NCBI GenBank assembly: GCA_965153285.1
Contig: OZ229112.1
DNA from: Podarcis tiliguerta
Lineage: Eukaryota
Length of the DNA stretch: 64,000 nt
Reading direction: 5' to 3' (one strand)
Made by a program: the position numbers and the translations under genes. Positions 63,201 through 64,000 of this stretch are shown here, piece after piece; positions within the stretch are counted from its first letter, which is position 1, and every line of letters starts with the position of its first letter. Under the pieces are notes generated by a model. It had not been told where the DNA came from. It ran no database searches and saw only the letters and a program-made list of their open reading frames with translations.

Positions 63201-63351
63201 TTCTCTCGTGTGGTCAGAACTGGTGAATGCTGCTTTAGTAGCGTTTTGGAGCAGTGTCGTTACTACAAATCCAGAGCGCTGGTTGACCTGGCAGCCGCTG
63301 TCTGTGGAAGAGAAGAAGATGCCAAAATCTCTCATGGACTGTTCTGTTCAG
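14783..63351 (+). CDS. MDN1: Midasin (MDN1/Rea1) AAA+ ATPase, spliced CDS exons 1-59, 3'-partial
   Basis: 59 exons joined in frame, 9102 nt = 3034 codons. Six Walker A motifs: GPVGCGKT, GETGTGKT, GDTSIGKT, GDTGCGKT, GSPGVGKT, GPAAAGKT. Walker B: LLEDID, LLDEIN, ILDELN, LMDEIS, VLDELN, LMDNVN. The acidic region and MIDAS domain lie beyond the window. Confidence 0.98.
18198..18333. mobile_element. Short palindromic non-autonomous DNA element (GGGAGTTGTAGTCC family)
   Basis: Imperfect hairpin; related degraded copies near 2520, 11610, 17300, 34250, 35295, 56815 and 57140. Confidence 0.65.
18424..18650 (+). CDS. MDN1: MDN1 exon 2
   Basis: IWSQQDRQCILSALAQLLLDKEC; AG/GT. Confidence 0.93.
19631..19855 (+). 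CDS. MDN1: MDN1 exon 3
   Basis: FALRYFKDTSPVFQRLFLESSD; AG/GT. Confidence 0.93.
20492..20599 (+). CDS. MDN1: MDN1 exon 4
   Basis: YTASCLALVTCMNDEHRL; AG/GT. Confidence 0.92.
20626..20660. repeat. (TG)n microsatellite in the 139-nt MDN1 intron 4
   Basis: Direct reading; other (TG)/(CA) tracts near 15856, 30928 and 36078. Confidence 0.9.
20739..20931 (+). CDS. MDN1: MDN1 exon 5
   Basis: LLEESRMQNVECALVLANP...VVAVCGVLLP. Confidence 0.92.
22341..22556 (+). CDS. MDN1: MDN1 exon 6 (AAA1 Walker A)
   Basis: VLLEGPVGCGKT...VQLGDQTDSK; CAGCAG tandem acceptor. Confidence 0.93.
23099..23230 (+). CDS. MDN1: MDN1 exon 7
   Basis: LLGMYRCTDVPGEFVWQPG...WILLEDIDYAPLDV. Confidence 0.94.
23907..24010 (+). 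CDS. MDN1: MDN1 exon 8
   Basis: ISVLIPLLENGELLIPGRSDCIKVAPGFHLFATR. Confidence 0.93.
24725..24839 (+). CDS. MDN1: MDN1 exon 9
   Basis: LFSYGGGWYKQQNSHAALLDKYWTKI. Confidence 0.92.
25648..25838 (+). CDS. MDN1: MDN1 exon 10
   Basis: ILQRRYPKLAVVIDRLL...LEGRELSL. Confidence 0.92.
26122..26203 (+). CDS. MDN1: MDN1 exon 11
   Basis: DLLNWCNRIAYNFDSSSSSTALNIFHE. Confidence 0.92.
26688..26783 (+). CDS. MDN1: MDN1 exon 12
   Basis: ALDCFTAMLSKQGSRLKMAEIIGSQLNISKHK. Confidence 0.92.
27564..27805 (+). mobile_element. Tc1/mariner (Tigger-like) MITE
   Basis: TIR CAGTGGTACCTCGGGTT, TA TSD on both sides. Confidence 0.9.
27889..28001 (+). CDS. MDN1: MDN1 exon 13
   Basis: TEYYCQLYKPEIAIREQEVSVGRVQLLRKQ. 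Confidence 0.92.
28296..28444 (+). CDS. MDN1: MDN1 exon 14 (AAA2 Walker A)
   Basis: GEPVLLVGETGTGKTSTVQYLA. Confidence 0.94.
28538..28598 (+). CDS. MDN1: MDN1 exon 15
   Basis: HRLRVINMNQQSDTADLLG. Confidence 0.93.
29145..29350 (+). CDS. MDN1: MDN1 exon 16
   Basis: YKPVDNKLIWLPLRESFEELFAQTFS. Confidence 0.93.
29496..29729 (+). mobile_element. Tc1/mariner (Tigger-like) MITE, same family
   Basis: TIR CAGTGGTACCTCTGGTTAC, TA TSD; interior similar to 27564-27805. Confidence 0.9.
30642..30745 (+). CDS. MDN1: MDN1 exon 17
   Basis: LKEKWEELG...ENALVFAFVE. Confidence 0.93.
31417..31561 (+). CDS. MDN1: MDN1 exon 18 (AAA2 Walker B)
   Basis: GTLAQAVKKGEWILLDEINLA. Confidence 0.94.
32428..32524 (+). 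CDS. MDN1: MDN1 exon 19
   Basis: FRLFACMNPATDVGKRNLPPGIRN. Confidence 0.94.
33873..33986 (+). CDS. MDN1: MDN1 exon 20
   Basis: FTELYVEELQNEGDLQILIMDYL. Confidence 0.93.
34076..34225. mobile_element. hAT-type MITE
   Basis: CAGT...ACTG termini with T/A-rich TIR; perfect 8-bp TSD ACTTGTAG. Confidence 0.85.
35647..35794 (+). CDS. MDN1: MDN1 exon 21
   Basis: LVDGTGHRPHYSLRTLCRAL. Confidence 0.94.
35947..36057 (+). CDS. MDN1: MDN1 exon 22 (GC donor)
   Basis: GFCLGFLTQLDRSSYP...LKQ|GCAAGT. Confidence 0.9.
37032..37183 (+). CDS. MDN1: MDN1 exon 23
   Basis: LPEPKGGRMIKVEGYWI...NLRDIVRVVSA. Confidence 0.93.
37407..37640 (-). mobile_element. Tc1/mariner MITE, related subfamily in opposite orientation
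   Basis: TIR CAGTGGTACCTC, TA TSD. Confidence 0.85.
37650..37693. repeat. Compound (TAG)n(TAA)n microsatellite
   Basis: Direct reading. Confidence 0.9.
37764..37942 (+). CDS. MDN1: MDN1 exon 24 (AAA3 Walker A)
   Basis: YPVLIQGDTSIGKTS...RINNHEHTDIQEYIG. Confidence 0.94.
38080..38288 (+). CDS. MDN1: MDN1 exon 25
   Basis: WIILDELNLAPTDVLEALNRLLD...FATQNPPGLYGGRK. Confidence 0.95.
38837..38983 (+). CDS. MDN1: MDN1 exon 26
   Basis: VLSRAFRNRFVELHFDELP. Confidence 0.94.
39332..39473 (+). CDS. MDN1: MDN1 exon 27
   Basis: SYRRGSSVFAGKHGFITLRDLFRWAERY. Confidence 0.94.
39595..39729 (+). CDS. MDN1: MDN1 exon 28
   Basis: FMLLAGRVRKQEEVDVIQTVIEKHF. Confidence 0.93.
39841..39979 (+). CDS. MDN1: MDN1 exon 29
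   Basis: HIVWTQGMTRLAILAGRALEFGEPILLVGDT. Confidence 0.93.
40085..40223 (+). CDS. MDN1: MDN1 exon 30 (AAA4 Walker A split over exons 29/30)
   Basis: CGKTTICQ...ETSDFLGGLRPVR. Confidence 0.94.
40297..40331. repeat. (GTAT)n tetranucleotide microsatellite
   Basis: Direct reading. Confidence 0.9.
40373..40500 (+). CDS. MDN1: MDN1 exon 31
   Basis: LFEWHDG...FLMDEISLADDSVLERLN. Confidence 0.94.
40725..40860 (+). CDS. MDN1: MDN1 exon 32
   Basis: VLETEKTLVLAEK...ILATMNPGGDFGKKE. Confidence 0.94.
41943..42072 (+). CDS. MDN1: MDN1 exon 33
   Basis: LSPALRNRFTEIWCPQ. Confidence 0.94.
43666..43899 (+). CDS. MDN1: MDN1 exon 34
   Basis: MMDFIEWL...SIRDVLSWV...HAACLVYIDGIGS. Confidence 0.93.
44192..44389 (+). 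CDS. MDN1: MDN1 exon 35 (GC donor)
   Basis: ...GIHPFFIPT G|GCAAGG; phase 1 needed for exon 36. Confidence 0.88.
44970..45178 (+). CDS. MDN1: MDN1 exon 36 (AAA5 Walker A)
   Basis: KPILLEGSPGVGKTSLV...RINLSEQT. Confidence 0.95.
45745..45867 (+). CDS. MDN1: MDN1 exon 37
   Basis: DVTDLFGTDLPVEG...AGHWIVLDE. Confidence 0.94.
46468..46666. mobile_element. hAT-type MITE
   Basis: TIR CAGG...GTCCAAC; 8-bp TSD GGCTACGC/GGCTATGC (one CpG transition); internal GTAGATC repeats. Confidence 0.8.
46884..47081 (+). CDS. MDN1: MDN1 exon 38 (GC donor)
   Basis: LNLASQSVLEGLNACFDHR...LPKSFLNRFTQ|GCAAGT. Confidence 0.92.
47242..47349 (+). CDS. MDN1: MDN1 exon 39
   Basis: VFVDPLSSADMEYIGNTLFP. Confidence 0.92.
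48000..48188 (+). CDS. MDN1: MDN1 exon 40
   Basis: GGPWEFNLRDLFRWCQLML. Confidence 0.94.
48201..48613 (-). mobile_element. L2-clade LINE 3' fragment (ORF2 C-terminus, 3'UTR and microsatellite tail)
   Basis: Minus-strand peptide FKALNGLGPVYL...RAFSVVASSLWNALP...FRRHLKAALF is typical of the L2 ORF2 end; (AAC)n/(AAT)n tail. Confidence 0.85.
49410..49499 (+). CDS. MDN1: MDN1 exon 41
   Basis: VVCLFRDIFG...FHITPYDVQ. Confidence 0.92.
49609..49869 (+). CDS. MDN1: MDN1 exon 42 (AAA6 Walker A)
   Basis: WMVILVGPAAAGKTS...MDTTELLGGFEQ. Confidence 0.94.
50087..50357 (+). CDS. MDN1: MDN1 exon 43
   Basis: VDIIRPWKSLLEKVE...QRLNNKI. Confidence 0.93.
51137..51296 (+). CDS. MDN1: MDN1 exon 44
   Basis: HGTFEWVDGMLVQALQSGEWLLMDNVNFC. 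Confidence 0.94.
51941..52057 (+). CDS. MDN1: MDN1 exon 45
   Basis: PSVLDRLNALLEPGGVLTMSERG...PHPNF. Confidence 0.94.
52527..52671 (+). mobile_element. tRNA-derived SINE with CR1-like tail
   Basis: GGTTAGAGTG...CAAGGTTGCAGG.TTGATCCC head; tail GGTCCCTTCCAACTCTACAATTCT.TGATTCTA. Confidence 0.65.
53083..53285 (+). CDS. MDN1: MDN1 exon 46
   Basis: LFLSMDPSHGEISRAMRNRGIEIY; weak purine-rich acceptor. Confidence 0.9.
53534..53679 (+). CDS. MDN1: MDN1 exon 47
   Basis: LINAATLIVQQLRRG...ACWDIYV. Confidence 0.91.
53938..54140 (+). CDS. MDN1: MDN1 exon 48
   Basis: LGLWPDSASSALFAAEDS...DGQVLAYCLNRL. Confidence 0.91.
55101..55321 (+). CDS. MDN1: MDN1 exon 49 (alternative in-frame acceptor gives start at 55068)
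   Basis: AVKLFIEKATNQDWTLRVGWL. Confidence 0.88.
56134..56247 (+). CDS. MDN1: MDN1 exon 50
   Basis: QLEAGAASLNNFY...KLLQPNMT. Confidence 0.91.
56657..56786 (+). CDS. MDN1: MDN1 exon 51
   Basis: EHVIPMDPRWNMQCLDII. Confidence 0.92.
57140..57270. mobile_element. Palindromic non-autonomous DNA element (GGACTACA...TGTAGTCC)
   Basis: AACCTGGTGCCCT...AGGGCACCAGGTT inverted arms plus internal hairpin. Confidence 0.7.
57669..57778 (+). CDS. MDN1: MDN1 exon 52
   Basis: AILFLDREKK...LRMSLEFHK. Confidence 0.91.
57891..58024 (+). CDS. MDN1: MDN1 exon 53
   Basis: LPHAIVVNLAGFFELWDAFVLNWV. Confidence 0.91.
58857..59017 (+). CDS. MDN1: MDN1 exon 54
   Basis: WRDRFW...GLALLSLHWHWVVKHL. Confidence 0.93.
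59212..59350 (-). mobile_element. Degraded, partial inverted copy of the 10860-11048 MITE
   Basis: AATTCAGTTTTA...GAGGTTAAA...ACACACTAAT...CACAGTTTG.AAAGCTCTG. Confidence 0.7.
59470..59590 (+). CDS. MDN1: MDN1 exon 55
   Basis: VKKLQKFWGRPLPFK. Confidence 0.92.
59915..60007 (+). mobile_element. 3' half of a Squam3-like SINE
   Basis: CCTGCCTGAAA...GAGAGC...TGCCA.TCAGTG...TAGATGGACCAAT...TGTTCCTA. Confidence 0.55.
60467..60677 (+). CDS. MDN1: MDN1 exon 56
   Basis: LLQAQGLVLRANNLKDV. Confidence 0.91.
60939..61161 (+). CDS. MDN1: MDN1 exon 57
   Basis: VQLWPAMEYLAVLWQYK. Confidence 0.92.
61577..61703 (+). CDS. MDN1: MDN1 exon 58
   Basis: EIRQFIAFCLKFTP...LLDSQK. Confidence 0.9.
61928..62276 (+). 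mobile_element. Sauria SINE, full length, well preserved
   Basis: tRNA-like head GGTGGCGCTGTGG / GGTTCGAATCC (Pol III A/B boxes), many CpGs retained, 15-bp TSD TTATTATTATCATCA (61913-61927, 62277-62291). Confidence 0.93.
63184..63351 (+). CDS. MDN1: MDN1 exon 59
   Basis: VSAEEISLVWSEL...FWSSVVTTNPERWLTW. Confidence 0.91.
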
Positions 63352-64000
63352 GTTTGTGTGAGGAAACTTGCATTTTTTTTAGGGTTAAGGTGAGACTCTA
63401 CTGTCAGGGCAGGAACTTATTGTACGATAAACTATTTTACGGAATAGTGTAGGACCTTCAACAAAACGATGCACTGCCAAGTGCTCCTGTTCACAATTCC
63501 AGCCAGCCATGCTTTCTTTTAGGTTACTCCATTCCGTCACCTCATATAATTTTTTCCTCTCCTAATTGTGAGTCCTCTCTGTCCACTGAGCATGCTCAGT
63601 CTTCACTCAGTTTTCCCGGTTACAATTTTTTCTGGAGATCTTTTTTTTTGGGGGGGGGGTGGAGTGTACTTCTGCAGATATCGAGTTTCCTACAAACTTT
63701 CTAATAGTTCCTTCTTGTGAAGGAATGGTGCCACTTTGATGTCACACAGAGAATGGGTTCACTATTCATTCAGAGGATTGCAAGTATTCACTACCATTGC
63801 TTGGAGTGTGAATTAGCTACTAGAACTGATCCCAAGGAAGGCTCTGCTGTTTATAGCTTATGCAGGTTTAAAATACAGCATTAATATAAAATAAAGCGTT
63901 AATTCTCCTAAAGTGCTTTTGAGCTGCCTGTTAAGCAGCAGATGTTTGTGACAAGTTGCAGTCTGGATAATTCTTCCATAGAACTGATGCTAAATTCAGG

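Noticed and set aside
1-64000. CRISPR arrays, operons or prokaryotic defence systems
   Set aside because: The sequence is intron-rich vertebrate DNA; no repeat-spacer array was seen.

Overview
Vertebrate (squamate, probably lacertid lizard, judged from its Sauria/Squam SINEs) genomic DNA with two divergently transcribed multi-exon genes. Minus strand (<1 to ~12.1 kb): 5' part of CASP8AP2/FLASH, with a non-coding first exon in a CpG island and 7 coding exons, the last running off the window. Plus strand (14783 to >63351): the first 59 coding exons of MDN1/midasin (9102 nt, 3034 codons, frame consistent across all junctions), covering the N-domain, all six AAA+ modules and part of the linker. 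The two CpG-island promoters are about 2.5 kb apart. Introns carry Sauria SINEs, Squam3-like SINEs, L2 3' fragments, Tc1/mariner and hAT MITEs, a Penelope-like fold-back with a nested SINE tail, and microsatellites. I found no new multi-gene system. The best leads are: the FLASH LDLY motif reads LNLF; a uORF stop overlaps the FLASH start codon (TAATG); MDN1 has three GC-AG introns; and there is a candidate poison exon. All comparisons with human proteins and repeat families are from memory, not database searches.
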